A stretch of DNA of 36,128 nt from an uncultured bacterium (GCA_964609495.1 CAZSTA010000011.1:1-36128); one strand, 5' to 3'; counted from the first letter of the stretch, positions 17,694 through 28,247 are shown. A program made the numbers and translations. Notes: a model not told the origin generated them from the sequence alone.

Positions 17694-20519
17694 TTAGCCA
17701 GAATGATTCAGCACTCTCTCTAAGAAATCTCCAGTGTAAGAGGTTGGATGTCGCATAACCTTCTCGGGAGTCCCCTCAGCGACTATCCATCCTCCTTCGT
17801 CTCCTCCCTCGGGACCTAGATCGATTATGTAATCCGCAGTCTTTACCACATCTAAGTTATGCTCGATCACTAGGACGCTATTGCCGGCATCGGTCAGCCT
17901 TCCCAATACATCCAGCAACTTATGAACATCAGCGAAGTGCAGACCTGTCGTTGGCTCATCTAATATGTATAATGTCTTACCAGTGCTACGTTTCGAAAGC
18001 TCCGTCGATAGCTTGACTCGCTGCGCTTCACCTCCCGATAGGGTAGTAGCTGACTGACCTAGCTTTATATACCCTAATCCCACATCATATAAGGTCTGCA
18101 AGATTCGCTTTATTCTAGGGATATTCTCGAAGAACTTCAGAGCTTCCTCGACCGTCATATCTAATACCTCGGAGATATTCTTCCCCTTATATCTTATCTC
18201 CAAAGTCTCTCGATTATACCTCTTACCCTTACAAACTTCACAGGGAACATATACATCGGGTAGGAAATGCATCTCGATCTTGATGATCCCATCTCCTCGA
18301 CAAGCTTCGCATCTCCCTCCTTTGACGTTAAAGGAAAATCTTCCCACTTTATATCCCCTTATCCTTGCCTCTGGCACTCGGGAGAATATCTCTCGGATAG
18401 GGGTGAAAGCTTTGGTATAGGTCGCAGGATTAGAACGAGGGGTTCGTCCAATAGGGGATTGATCTATGATAATGACCTTATCGAGATGCTCGGCTCCAAT
18501 GATATAATCATGATCTCCCGGCTTAGCCTGAGCCCGATGTAACTTTCGGGCTAGAGCCTTATGTAATATATCGTTCACCAGCGAACTCTTTCCCGATCCA
18601 GAGACTCCAGTTATGCAGGTAAATACTCCTAGGGGAATTCTGACATCGATATTTTTCAGATTATTATGTCTAGCACCTTTGACCGTTAGCCATTTATCCT
18701 TTATAGGTCTTCTCTTCTCGGGAACTTCTATCTCTAGCTCTCTCTTCAGATACTTGCCAGTGATCGATTCGGGACAGGAAGTTATATCCTCTATCGATCC
18801 AGTTACTACAATACCACCCCCGTGGATTCCAGCACCCGGTCCCATATCAACTATGTAATCCGCGGTTCTTATCGTCTCTTCATCATGCTCTACCACAATT
18901 AGGGTATTCCCTAGATCACGCAGTCTCTTCAGAGTCGCTAGAAGCCTCTTATTATCACGCTGATGAAGACCGATACTCGGCTCATCGAGGATATAGAGGA
19001 CTCCCATCAAGCTCGATCCGATCTGTGTAGCTAATCTGATCCGTTGGGATTCTCCTCCCGAAAGGGTCGCTGCCGCTCGATCCAGCGTCAGATAATCCAA
19101 TCCTACGTTCACCAAGAAGCCCAATCGCTCTCTTATCTCCTTCAATACTTGATGAGCAATGATCATATCTCTTTCGCCGAGTTTGAGATCGGTGAAGAAA
19201 TCCAAAGCCTGCTTTATCGACATCGCCGAGACATCCACGATCGATCTACCCCCGACTGTCACCGCAACGCTCTCGGGACGAAGTCGCTTACCACCACAGG
19301 CAGGACAATCCCGAACGCTCATAAATCCCCTGATCCAATTTCGTATCCATTCCGAGCTCGTCTGCCGATAGCGCCGAGCTAAATTATTATAAGCACCTTC
19401 AAATCTTCCGGTGTACTCCCCGTGACCTTTTCCGTTCCTATGTTGATAGGTGAATCTTATCTCCTCTCTACCCGAGCCATAAACCAGAACCTCTTGAGCC
19501 TTTTTGCTCAGTTGCTCAAAGGGAGTGTCCAAGCTGAAGTTATAGTGACGAGCGACCGTCAAGAGGTGTTGATGATGATTATTGATCTCTCCCCAAGAAG
19601 CGATAGCTCCCTCCCCCACCGAAAGGCTCTTATCGGGAACGATAAGGTCTGGATCTAACTCCATCTTTTCTCCTAGCCCACCGCATTCTGGACATGCTCC
19701 GAAGGGGCTATTGAAGGAGAACATCCTGGGGGTGAGCTCCTCGAAGTTGATCCCACACTCTATACAGGTGAAATGCTCGCTGAAGGTCAGTTCCTCCGAA
19801 CCAACCACATCTATTTTGACTATCCCCTCTCCGAGATCTAAAGCGGTCTCCACCGAATCGGCTAGGCGGTTTCTGATCCCATCTTTAATTACGAGCCTAT
19901 CAACTACTACCTCGATAGAATGCCTCTTATACCTATCAAGCTTCATCTCTTCATCCAAGCTTCGAACTTCGCCATCCACTCTGACCCTTACATATCCCTC
20001 CCGGCGAATATCCCCAAATATCTTCTTATATTCGCCCTTTCGCTCCCTCACCACTGGAGCTAGGATTTGAATCCTGCTATCCTCAGGTAACTCCAAGATC
20101 TGATCGATTATCTGAGTGGCGCTCTGTTGAGATATCTCTCTTCCACACTTGTAACAGTGAGGGATACCAATTCGAGCATAGAGCAACCTCAGATAATCAT
20201 ATATCTCGGTCACCGTCCCAACTGTGGAGCGAGGATTCTTGCTGGTCGTCCTCTGATCTATAGATATAGCGGGAGATAATCCCTCGATATAATCTACATC
20301 GGGCTTCTCCATCAAGCCTAGGAATTGGCGCGCGTAGGACGAGAGCGATTCTACATATCTACGTTGTCCCTCGGCGTAGATCGTATCAAAGGCTAGGGAG
20401 GATTTACCAGAGCCACTCAAACCCGTGATGACGATGAGTTTATCCCTGGGCATCTCGAGATCGATGTTCTTCAGGTTATGCTCTCGCGCTCCTTTGATAA
20501 TTATCTTATCAGTAGCCAT
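17694..20519 (-). CDS. uvrA: Excinuclease ABC subunit A
   Basis: GAREHNLKN, two Walker A motifs ([16 protein letters not shown]), LSGGE signatures, zinc fingers. Confidence 0.99.
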   Translation of the reverse strand: MATDKIIIKGAREHNLKNIDLEMPRDKLIVITGLSGSGKSSLAFDTIYAEGQRRYVESLSSYARQFLGLMEKPDVDYIEGLSPAISIDQRTTSKNPRSTVGTVTEIYDYLRLLYARIGIPHCYKCGREISQQSATQIIDQILELPEDSRIQILAPVVRERKGEYKKIFGDIRREGYVRVRVDGEVRSLDEEMKLDRYKRHSIEVVVDRLVIKDGIRNRLADSVETALDLGEGIVKIDVVGSEELTFSEHFTCIECGINFEELTPRMFSFNSPFGACPECGGLGEKMELDPDLIVPDKSLSVGEGAIASWGEINNHHQHLLTVARHYNFSLDTPFEQLSKKAQEVLVYGSGREEIRFTYQHRNGKGHGEYTGRFEGAYNNLARRYRQTSSEWIRNWIRGFMSVRDCPACGGKRLRPESVAVTVGGRSIVDVSAMSIKQALDFFTDLKLGERDMIIAHQVLKEIRERLGFLVNVGLDYLTLDRAAATLSGGESQRIRLATQIGSSLMGVLYILDEPSIGLHQRDNKRLLATLKRLRDLGNTLIVVEHDEETIRTADYIVDMGPGAGIHGGGIVVTGSIEDITSCPESITGKYLKRELEIEVPEKRRPIKDKWLTVKGARHNNLKNIDVRIPLGVFTCITGVSGSGKSSLVNDILHKALARKLHRAQAKPGDHDYIIGAEHLDKVIIIDQSPIGRTPRSNPATYTKAFTPIREIFSRVPEARIRGYKVGRFSFNVKGGRCEACRGDGIIKIEMHFLPDVYVPCEVCKGKRYNRETLEIRYKGKNISEVLDMTVEEALKFFENIPRIKRILQTLYDVGLGYIKLGQSATTLSGGEAQRVKLSTELSKRSTGKTLYILDEPTTGLHFADVHKLLDVLGRLTDAGNSVLVIEHNLDVVKTADYIIDLGPEGGDEGGWIVAEGTPEKVMRHPTSYTGDFLERVLNHSG

Positions 20520-20563
20520 ATATAAATGATACCTCCATTACTAACTGGAGTGATTATTCCACC

Positions 20564-22615
20564 CTAAGATTTAGCTATATAATTATGCCTCCTTCGTTTA
20601 TTCTTTCCTTTAGTCTGATGATAGACCTCCTTTGCCTCATCCAAAGTTCCCTTAAGTTCAGCGATTAGATCTCTCAACTCCGCCGCTCGCTCGAACTCCA
20701 GCCTACGTGCCGCTTCCTTCATCTCCTTCTCTAACTCATCTATCGTTGAGGCGATCTCATCCTGAACTAGATAGCTACCTCCAGCTTCCCTGACCATATA
20801 AGCTAGATCGGGATCAGCCTCGGGGGTGGTCTCTATTAGATCGCGGATCGACTTAGTGATCGTTCGAGGAGTGATGTTATGCTTGCGATTGAACTCCATC
20901 TGAACCTTGCGACGCCGATTAGTCTCATCTATAGCCCTCTGCATCGAATTTGTCATTCTATCAGCATAGAGGATCACTTTACCGTTGATATTTCTCGCGG
21001 CACGACCCATAGTTTGGATAAGCGATCTCTCCGCTCTCAAGAAGCCCTCTTTATCAGCATCCAGGATAGCGACCAGTGATACCTCGGGTAAGTCCAATCC
21101 CTCTCGCAGTAGGTTAATCCCTACCAAGACATCGAACTCACCTAATCGTAGATCTCGCAGAATTTCTACTCTATCCAAAGTGTCGATCTCCGAGTGCAGA
21201 TAACGAACTTTAACCCCCAACTCAGCCATATAATCGGTGAGGTCTTCCGCCATCCTCTTAGTCAGGGTGGTAACTAATATTCGCTCATTCCTCTTTACTC
21301 GTTCCTCGATCTCTAGGAGAAGATCGTCTATCTGGCTCTCAGTGGGCTTGACCTCCACCTCGGGATCCGTAAGACCAGTGGGGCGAACTAACTGCTCAAC
21401 TATCTGCTTGCTCTTCTCAAGCTCATAGGGGCCAGGGGTCGCGGAGGTGAAGATCACTTGATTTATATGTTTCTCGAATTCCTCGAAGTTAAGAGGTCGG
21501 TTATCATAGGCTGATGGTAGCCGGAATCCATATCTAACCAGATTATTCTTACGGGAGCGATCTCCAGCCCACATCCCATTAACCTGAGGAATGGTGACGT
21601 GGGATTCATCTATGAAGAAGAGATAATCGTCGGGGAAGTAGTCGATCAGGCAAAAGGGCGGTTCTCCTTCTGCCCTTCCGCTCAGATGACGAGAGTAGTT
21701 TTCTATACCTTGACAATATCCCATCTCTCTAAGCATCTCTATATCATATTTTACCCTCTGCTCTAGACGTTGAGCTTCGACTAACCATCCTTTATCATAT
21801 ATCTCCTTGAGTTGCTCCTCCAGTTCCTTCTCAATAGAGCGCACCGCTCGTTCTAACTTCTCTTGAGGAGTAGCATAGTGGGAAGCTGGATATATAACCT
21901 CTTCCTCGACTTCCCTTAAGATCTCTCCCGTTAAGGGATCGAATTCCACTATTCGCTCGATATAGTCTCCGAATAGCTCGACCCGAAACGCACTATCCGC
22001 ATAGGCAGGAAAGATCTCGACCACATCTCCCCTAGCTCGGAAGGTCCCTCTGCTGAAATCGATATCGTTCCTCTCATATTGAAGCAAAGTCAGCTCATGC
22101 AAGATCTCTTCTCGCTTCTTATCAGTTCCTACAGCTAGAGGGATATTCATCTCCATATAATCCTCGGGAGGGCCCAAGCCATAGATGCAAGAGACGCTAG
22201 CGACTACGATCACATCCCTCCTAGTTACCACCGAGTGAGTGGTGGAGAGGCGAAGCTTATCCAATTCCTCGCTTATCGAGTAATCCTTCTCGATATAGGT
22301 ATCGGTATGGGGGAGGTAGGCTTCTGGTTGATAGTAGTCATAATAGCTCACGAAGTATTCCACCGCATTATGGGGAAAGAACTCCTTGAACTCGCTATAA
22401 AGCTGAGCGGTCAGAGTCTTATTATGTGCTAGAACTAAGGTCGGCTTCTGGACAGCCTGGATGATATTAGCCATCGTGAAGGTCTTACCCGAACCGGTGA
22501 CTCCTAATAGAGTCTGATATTTATATCCCTCCTTAACTCCCTCTATCAACTTCTCAATAGCTTGAGGTTGATCTCCTTTAGGTTTATAATCAGATATCAA
22601 TTCAAACTTAGTCAT
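20564..22615 (-). CDS. uvrB: Excinuclease ABC subunit B
   Basis: [36 protein letters not shown]-terminal UVR motif [11 protein letters not shown]. Confidence 0.99.
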   Translation of the reverse strand: MTKFELISDYKPKGDQPQAIEKLIEGVKEGYKYQTLLGVTGSGKTFTMANIIQAVQKPTLVLAHNKTLTAQLYSEFKEFFPHNAVEYFVSYYDYYQPEAYLPHTDTYIEKDYSISEELDKLRLSTTHSVVTRRDVIVVASVSCIYGLGPPEDYMEMNIPLAVGTDKKREEILHELTLLQYERNDIDFSRGTFRARGDVVEIFPAYADSAFRVELFGDYIERIVEFDPLTGEILREVEEEVIYPASHYATPQEKLERAVRSIEKELEEQLKEIYDKGWLVEAQRLEQRVKYDIEMLREMGYCQGIENYSRHLSGRAEGEPPFCLIDYFPDDYLFFIDESHVTIPQVNGMWAGDRSRKNNLVRYGFRLPSAYDNRPLNFEEFEKHINQVIFTSATPGPYELEKSKQIVEQLVRPTGLTDPEVEVKPTESQIDDLLLEIEERVKRNERILVTTLTKRMAEDLTDYMAELGVKVRYLHSEIDTLDRVEILRDLRLGEFDVLVGINLLREGLDLPEVSLVAILDADKEGFLRAERSLIQTMGRAARNINGKVILYADRMTNSMQRAIDETNRRRKVQMEFNRKHNITPRTITKSIRDLIETTPEADPDLAYMVREAGGSYLVQDEIASTIDELEKEMKEAARRLEFERAAELRDLIAELKGTLDEAKEVYHQTKGKNKRRRHNYIAKS

Positions 22616-22618
22616 GTT

Positions 22619-23599
22619 TTACCTCCCAGCTTTCTGATATATATCAATTATCTTCTTGCCTTCCTCAACTATCATCTCTCTTAAATCCTCAGGCTCTATA
22701 ATCTCAACATGTCCTCCCCAACTTAAGACATAGCCCATCCAATATCCTAAATCGTTTTTCGGTATGGAGAGCGAAAGAATCACTCCTCCATCCTCCGTAT
22801 CCCTTAAACTTTCTGGTTTATTCACCCAGCTATCTCTTATCCACTTTGCCACTTCGGAGTCGAACTTGAACCTTGCTCCGATTCTTTCCTCCCCGCTTAG
22901 GAATTTATCCATTTGCTCGATATGCTCTCTTATCGAGAAATCGGGTGGGAGCTTGAATCTGTTCTCTGCTAGGGATAACTCTCGAATACGATCGACGCGG
23001 AAGAACCGGATATCATCTCTCCAGTGGCAGTATCCCACTAAATACCAAACCCCATTCTTATAAAACATCCCATAAGGATCAACCTTCCTGGCTACGATCT
23101 CATCTCTACTAAAGGTATAATATACCATCCATACCGAGCGCTTTTTTATGATAGCTTGATTAATAACAGAGAGGGTATGAGTAAAAGCGGAGTAATTAAT
23201 TCGAGGGTGAATATCGAAGGCTATCTGACGCTCTATTTCATAGACATAATCCTTAATATCTTCAGGGAGAATCGCTTCTATCTTCAGAAGTCCGGTCTTT
23301 ACCGCCTCTCGATAGGGAGTTCCCTCCTGACCAGCGATTATCTTCCCTCCTAAAAATAGAGCTGCCGCCTCCTCGGAGGTAAACATAACTGGAGGCAAGT
23401 TATAACTCTTCATAATGCTATAGCCACCATTCGGGCCAGGGAGGGAGATTATAGGAATGCCAGCAAGCATAAGGGATTGTATATCTCTATATATCGTTCT
23501 CTCCGTGACCTCGAAGGTCCTGGCTAATTCCTCAGCTCTCATCTGAGAACGGGAGCGTAGCAGTAATATGATCGCCATTAATCTATCGGTCTTGTTCAT
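22619..23599 (-). CDS. YafY/PafC-type WYL-domain transcriptional regulator (wHTH-WYL-WCX)
   Basis: ELARTFEVTERTIYRDI; GGY; VWYLVGYC...RFFRVDRI; VLSWGGHVEIIEP; ATG 23599 preferred over TTG 23608 on RBS spacing. Confidence 0.95.
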   Translation of the reverse strand: MNKTDRLMAIILLLRSRSQMRAEELARTFEVTERTIYRDIQSLMLAGIPIISLPGPNGGYSIMKSYNLPPVMFTSEEAAALFLGGKIIAGQEGTPYREAVKTGLLKIEAILPEDIKDYVYEIERQIAFDIHPRINYSAFTHTLSVINQAIIKKRSVWMVYYTFSRDEIVARKVDPYGMFYKNGVWYLVGYCHWRDDIRFFRVDRIRELSLAENRFKLPPDFSIREHIEQMDKFLSGEERIGARFKFDSEVAKWIRDSWVNKPESLRDTEDGGVILSLSIPKNDLGYWMGYVLSWGGHVEIIEPEDLREMIVEEGKKIIDIYQKAGR

Positions 23600-23621
23600 G
23601 ATCTTCAACCCCCTACCCTAT

Positions 23622-23643
23622 ATTATACCATAAAATGCTGACA
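23622..23643 (-). promoter_or_regulatory. Promoter of the WYL-uvrBA operon: extended -10 plus -26-type element
   Basis: Minus strand TGTCAG-CATTTTATGG-TATAAT; no consensus -35 at 17 bp. Confidence 0.7.
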
Positions 23644-23655
23644 ACGTTATGTCAG
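23638..23655. promoter_or_regulatory. Palindromic operator, probable WYL regulator site
   Basis: CTGACA-acgtta-TGTCAG, 38 nt upstream of the WYL start codon. Confidence 0.7.
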
Positions 23656-23728
23656 GAATCAAAAAAATTTAAAATTTTTTTATTTTCGATCAAAGAAGAG
23701 CAAAAGATTAAAAAATTAAGCTAGATAG

Positions 23729-23757
23729 TTGATTTATCGAATAAAATATGATATACT
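23729..23757 (+). promoter_or_regulatory. Divergent sigma70-type promoter
   Basis: TTGATT-N17-TATACT with extended TG and A-rich upstream tract. Confidence 0.6.
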
Positions 23758-23846
23758 ATAACTGTGGATTTAGAGAGCAGATAGTAGATTGGAATCTCCA
23801 TCACTTTGAAGCATATGAAATCTGGGCTCTAATTTGCTTTGCATTA

Positions 23847-23953
23847 CACCCTCCCCCTATCCCCCTCCCATCGAGGGAGGGGGGAACTAAAGAGATCAGC
23901 TCTATCTTGCTATCCCCTCTCCCCTTGTGGGAGAGGGCTAGGGTGAGGGGGAA
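23847..23953 (-). repeat. Paired boxC/triplex-motif-like element, copy 2 (inverted)
   Basis: Reverse complement matches both arms of copy 1; different spacer. Confidence 0.9.
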
Positions 23954-24082
23954 TTATAATTCGATCTGAAATCAATTTGATCCCCGATTCTATATGCATC
24001 CCCATCACTTTATAAAATAAGGTGAAGAATGCGGATGTCCGATTTTATCTCGGTTAAATCTTTTATAGCTAGGTTAGTTTTA

Positions 24083-24130
24083 AATCCAGTTGTCCTCTTA
24101 TCATTTAGGAGGCATTGGGTTTTTTATTTT
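24083..24130 (+). terminator. Imperfect hairpin with T tract in a 5' leader, possible attenuator
   Basis: AATCCAGTTGTCCTCTTA/TAGGAGGCATTGGGTT followed by TTTTATTTT, ending ~25 nt before the next start codon. Confidence 0.45.
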
Positions 24131-24155
24131 CTAGCGGATTAGGAAGGTGTCCACA

Positions 24156-25025
24156 ATGGCAGTTATAACAATATCTAGGCAATTGGGAAGTGGCGGGGAA
24201 TATATAGCCCAGCAGGTAGCTAAGGCTTTAGACTATGAATATGTTGATAAGGACATTTTGTATGATAGAGCCACCAGGAAATACGGTATTTTGGAGGAAC
24301 TGGTGGAGGAAGTCGATGAGAAGAAACCTAGATTTTGGCATAGATTCGGAATTGAGAGGAGAACTACTATAAAGGTCATCAGCTCGATCGTCTATGATCT
24401 AGCTAATAGCGGCGATGTAGTGATCATGGGAAGAGGAGGGCAGGTATTATTAAGAGATCTGAGCAATGCCTTTCATGTTAAGATAGTTGCTTCTCTTGGG
24501 GTTCGGATTAGCCGGGTTATGGATGAGCGGAATATAGAGAAGAGGAGCGCCTTGAAGCTGATTAACGAAAGCGATGAAGATCGAGGAGGATTTATTCGCT
24601 ATCTGTTCAATGTCGATTGGATGGAGCCAGAGCTATATGATCTTACTATAAATACTGGTAAGGTCCAGCTTGATTCCGCGGTGGAATTGATAGTAAGAGC
24701 GGCAAGTCTAGAGGAATTTGTAACTACTGAGGATTCCCAGAAGCTTCTACAAAAGCTTCGTGTTGTTAGCTTGGTGGAGAAAGCCCTAGCTGACCATCCA
24801 GGGATAAAATCGAATATTGGAGTAAGTAGCGCCGGTAATTCCATAGCTTTGATGGGGATAGTCGGCTCTGTAGAGGAGAAAGATCTTGCTGAATTTATCG
24901 CTCGTAAACATTATCAAGGGGTAGCAGAAATAGTTAACGATCTATGCGTTGCTGAACTTAACAGCATAAATGGTATAAGTGGAGAATATGCTGATTATGA
25001 TTCCCAAAATATGCCCAAAGTGTAA
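24156..25025 (+). CDS. Cytidylate kinase-like family protein with C-terminal BON-like domain
   Basis: MAVITISRQLGSGG, VVIMGRGG, YDLTINT; tail IALMGIVGSVEEKDLA...GVAEIVNDL. Confidence 0.85.
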   Translation: MAVITISRQLGSGGEYIAQQVAKALDYEYVDKDILYDRATRKYGILEELVEEVDEKKPRFWHRFGIERRTTIKVISSIVYDLANSGDVVIMGRGGQVLLRDLSNAFHVKIVASLGVRISRVMDERNIEKRSALKLINESDEDRGGFIRYLFNVDWMEPELYDLTINTGKVQLDSAVELIVRAASLEEFVTTEDSQKLLQKLRVVSLVEKALADHPGIKSNIGVSSAGNSIALMGIVGSVEEKDLAEFIARKHYQGVAEIVNDLCVAELNSINGISGEYADYDSQNMPKV

Positions 25026-25305
25026 GGCTAAAAATTCTCCTTCTAGCAAATATTGCTCCCAATGTGGAACTAAATTACCCGGCTCCAAACGTAGTATCAA
25101 GATGACTCCGACTAAAGTTGCTCTGAGCGCGGGATTGGTCAATTATAGATTGGGTATAATATCCTATAGGAAAGGGGATTTAGACGGAGCTATTGAAGCT
25201 TGGATTAGAGCCTTGAAATTTGAACCCAATAATATGGAATTACGTAAAGCCCTAGAAATGGCTCAAAAGGAGAAGGAGAACAGAGGCAGTAAAGATATAA
25301 GTTAA
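24988..25305 (+). CDS. Small zinc-ribbon plus TPR protein (start uncertain)
   Basis: CPKC...YCSQCG; YRLGIISYRKGDLDGAIEAWIRALKFEPNN. Confidence 0.75.
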   Translation: MLIMIPKICPKCKAKNSPSSKYCSQCGTKLPGSKRSIKMTPTKVALSAGLVNYRLGIISYRKGDLDGAIEAWIRALKFEPNNMELRKALEMAQKEKENRGSKDIS

Positions 25306-25352
25306 TATTTGCTTTCGTGGATAATCTAGGGGAGAAGTGGTATTGTAACGCA

Positions 25353-25386
25353 AAAACTCTTCTGAAATTTGAACAGAAGAGCTTTT
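25353..25386 (+). terminator. Possible intrinsic terminator
   Basis: CTCTTCTG-N9-CAGAAGAG flanked by AAAA and CTTTT. Confidence 0.35.
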
Positions 25387-25415
25387 AAATTTGCAAAGAT
25401 AAAAGGGGGCCTGAA

Positions 25416-26759
25416 GTGTTACCAACTAAGATCGTGGTTATCGGAGCAGGAAGCGCATCCTTCGGATTAGGGACGCTCTCTAATATTATGAGTTGTGAGG
25501 AACTTAAAGGCAGTACTCTAGCTCTAGTAGATATTAACGCTGAAGGATTAGGGGCTATCACCAAACTAGCTCAGAAGATGAATCAAGAATGGGAAGCAGG
25601 TCTTACCATCGAAAGTTCAGTTGATAGAGGTGAGATGTTAAGAGGAGCAAAATTCATCATTCTATCCATTGCGGTCGATCGAGAGGATCGTTGGAAGCTC
25701 GACTGGGAGATACCTCTGAGGTATGGAGTGAGACAGCCCCTAGCGGAGAACGGGGGACCAGGAGCATTCGCTCATACTGCTCGTAATGTTCCTATAGTTA
25801 TGGATATCTTGCGAGATATAGAGGAGATATGTCCATCCGCTTGGCTTCTCAACTTCACCAATCCTGTGCCTCGTATTTGCCTTGCTACGAGTCGCTATAG
25901 CGAAGTTAAGATCATCGGATTATGTCACGGAATAGTGATCGGGTATGTGAGTGTAGCGAAGGTATTAGCGGATGATCTTGATATAGATTGGGAAGATCAC
26001 CGTTCGATAAGGGAGCAAGCTATGGAGAAGCTCGATATCAAAGCGGCTGGACTGAATCACTTCACCTGGATTTTGGACATCAGAGATAAGAGAACTGGTG
26101 AGGATCTGTATCCCCTATTTGGTGAGAAGTTGACCCAATCCGATCCCGGTTTTAATCCTCTATCACGCGAGCTATTCAAAGCCTTTGGGTTTTATCCAGT
26201 TACTGGAGATACCCATATCGCTGAATATCTCCCCTGGTGTCACGATCCGAAAACTAAACCTTGGGAGAAATATAAACTTGAGCTTTATGACTGGGATGGA
26301 GCAAAGAAAGATCGAGATAAGACTTGGAGATGGATCGAGGATCTGAACGAGGGGAAGGATACTCTTGATAAGTTAAGAGGAGTGTCAAGTGAAAGAGCAG
26401 TTGAGATCATCTTGGGGATCGCTAAAGATTTGAATTCTTATGAGTTAGCGGTAAATATTCCTAATAAAGGGTATATAACTAACCTGCCCGAAGGGGCTAT
26501 AGTAGAGCTTCCAGCGATCATCACTGGAAGTGGACCTCTAGGGGTGGGGATAGGTGATCTTCCAGAGCCGATCGCCACTATGTGTCGCAATCAGTTGACA
26601 GTAGCCCAATTAGCGGTTGATGCTGCGGTGAAGGGATGTCGCAAGACTGCGTTACAAGCCTTGTTGATGGATCAAACGATTAATGATATCGATACTGCTA
26701 AGAGGATATTGGATGATTACTTAGAGGTGCATTCTGATTATCTTCCCCAATTCGAATGA
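25416..26759 (+). CDS. Glycoside hydrolase family 4 (NAD-dependent alpha-galactosidase/glucosidase-like)
   Basis: [46 protein letters not shown]. Confidence 0.92.
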   Translation: MLPTKIVVIGAGSASFGLGTLSNIMSCEELKGSTLALVDINAEGLGAITKLAQKMNQEWEAGLTIESSVDRGEMLRGAKFIILSIAVDREDRWKLDWEIPLRYGVRQPLAENGGPGAFAHTARNVPIVMDILRDIEEICPSAWLLNFTNPVPRICLATSRYSEVKIIGLCHGIVIGYVSVAKVLADDLDIDWEDHRSIREQAMEKLDIKAAGLNHFTWILDIRDKRTGEDLYPLFGEKLTQSDPGFNPLSRELFKAFGFYPVTGDTHIAEYLPWCHDPKTKPWEKYKLELYDWDGAKKDRDKTWRWIEDLNEGKDTLDKLRGVSSERAVEIILGIAKDLNSYELAVNIPNKGYITNLPEGAIVELPAIITGSGPLGVGIGDLPEPIATMCRNQLTVAQLAVDAAVKGCRKTALQALLMDQTINDIDTAKRILDDYLEVHSDYLPQFE

Positions 26760-26811
26760 TTACCTACTTAGAGGAAAAATTTCTTCTGGGCGTGGATAAT
26801 ATCGCTTAACT

Positions 26812-26837
26812 AATCCCCCGATTTCAAGCGGGGGATT
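26812..26837. other. GC-rich hairpin downstream of the GH4 gene
   Basis: AATCCCCCG-atttcaag-CGGGGGATT. Confidence 0.5.
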
Positions 26838-26968
26838 CATAATTTCGTCTGGAAACAGCTCTGTAATGAATCTTGTTGAGGGATTATTAGCAAAATTAAA
26901 ACTACAAATTTATTCGTAATTTTGCGATCATTATGTAATTTTATCCGTTAGGTTTTGAAGCGATTTAA

Positions 26969-26997
26969 TTGACATATTTTTTGAGTTAAAGTATAAT
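26969..26997 (+). promoter_or_regulatory. Perfect-consensus sigma70 promoter
   Basis: TTGACA-N17-TATAAT. Confidence 0.85.
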
Positions 26998-27001
26998 ATA
27001 A

Positions 27002-27017
27002 AGTGGTATATACCATT
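27002..27017. promoter_or_regulatory. GntR/HutC-subfamily (DasR/NagR-like) operator
   Basis: AGTGGTATATACCATT with perfect core TGGTATATACCA over the predicted +1. Confidence 0.7.
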
Positions 27018-27170
27018 AAAGACTATATAGCTAAAGTATCGGTAGAGGGAGGTTACATCCTCTCCTCTTCTAATACTGTTCATCCGGGAGTGAAACCGGA
27101 GAATTTCATCACTATGGTGACAGCCACTAGAAAGTATGGTAAGTATCCTCTGGAATTAGAAGTTATGTAA
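27018..27170 (+). pseudogene. 3' remnant of a UROD-family gene
   Basis: KDYIAKVSVEGGYILSSSNTVHPGVKPENFITMVTATRKYGKYPLELEVM*, resembling the C-terminus of 3713-4870. Confidence 0.75.
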
Positions 27171-27197
27171 ACTTATAGACAAGGAGGTAAGTGATAA

Positions 27198-28247
27198 GTG
27201 TCAGAAAAGGTTCGAGTTGGGGTTATTGGTTTGGGGATGGGAAGGCATCATCTAGCAGGTTATGATCTCTGTAAGGATAAAGCTGAGATAGTGGCGTTAT
27301 GTGATATAGATGAGGATAGACTTAGCGAGTTTAAGGAAAAATACAATGTCCCTAAGGCTTTCAAAGATTATAGGGAGATGTTGGCTCTCAAAGATCTCGA
27401 TGTGGTATCGGTAGCTACGCCTAACTATCTCCATGCGTCGATAACCATTGATGCGCTCAAAGCTGGTAAGCACGTTCTTTGCGAAAAGCCAATGGCGATG
27501 AATGCCGAAGAGGCACAAGGGATGGTCGATGAGGCGAAGAAGGCGAAGAAGAAATTGATGATTCACTTCAACTTCCGCTTTTCTCCCCAATCCCAGTTAT
27601 TGAAGAGATATATAGAAGCGGGAGAGCTGGGTAGAATCTACTATGCTAAGACTGGTTGGCATCGCCGTCGAGGTTTTCCCAGATTAGGGAGTTGGTTCCT
27701 CGACAAATCTAAATCGGGAGGGGGACCTCTGATCGACCTAGCGGTGCATAGGTTGGATCTCGCCCTATGGCTGATGGGACATCCTGAACCCCTTACTGTA
27801 AGTGGCTCTATTTATACCGAAATTGGGAATAAGATCGCCGAGGCGAAAGGAAAGTCCTTTGGTGTGGAGGATTTAGCTTCCGCCTTTATTCGCTTAAAAG
27901 GAGGAGCTACCCTCTTCGTAGAGGTTAGTTGGGCCTCTAATACGGAGAGGAAGGAGGATATATTCACCGCCCTCTTTGGAACTGAGGGGGGAGCTGAACA
28001 GAGGAATGCTGAAGAGGGGTATGGTTTCACCCTCAAGATATTCAAGGAGAAGTATGGGGGAACAGTAGCCCTAGAGCCCGAGGATTATCCTAAGGAGTTC
28101 GTTATAAATCCTCAAGAGCATTTCATAGATTGCATTCTAAATGACGAAGAGCCAATGCCTTCTGGAGAGCAAGGATTAAGGATATCTAAGATATTGGACG
28201 CGATCTATGAATCGGCTCAGAAGGGAGAAGAAGTTAAGATAAAGTAG
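27198..28247 (+). CDS. Gfo/Idh/MocA family oxidoreductase
   Basis: VGVIGLGMG, ATPNYLH, HVLCEKP, GGGPLIDLAVH. Confidence 0.95.
   Translation: MSEKVRVGVIGLGMGRHHLAGYDLCKDKAEIVALCDIDEDRLSEFKEKYNVPKAFKDYREMLALKDLDVVSVATPNYLHASITIDALKAGKHVLCEKPMAMNAEEAQGMVDEAKKAKKKLMIHFNFRFSPQSQLLKRYIEAGELGRIYYAKTGWHRRRGFPRLGSWFLDKSKSGGGPLIDLAVHRLDLALWLMGHPEPLTVSGSIYTEIGNKIAEAKGKSFGVEDLASAFIRLKGGATLFVEVSWASNTERKEDIFTALFGTEGGAEQRNAEEGYGFTLKIFKEKYGGTVALEPEDYPKEFVINPQEHFIDCILNDEEPMPSGEQGLRISKILDAIYESAQKGEEVKIK

Noticed and set aside
23638-23655. Palindrome as a LexA box
   Set aside because: CTG-N12-CAG fits neither CTGT-N8-ACAG nor GAAC-N4-GTTC. An unknown LexA specificity is not excluded, but the adjacent WYL gene is the simpler explanation.
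23748-23969. 73-aa ORF
   Set aside because: It translates the repeat element (PPPIPLPSREGG, SPLPLWERARVRG), and its start lies inside the predicted promoter.
23990-24130. Known riboswitch in the leader
   Set aside because: No conserved core of a riboswitch class I can recognise.
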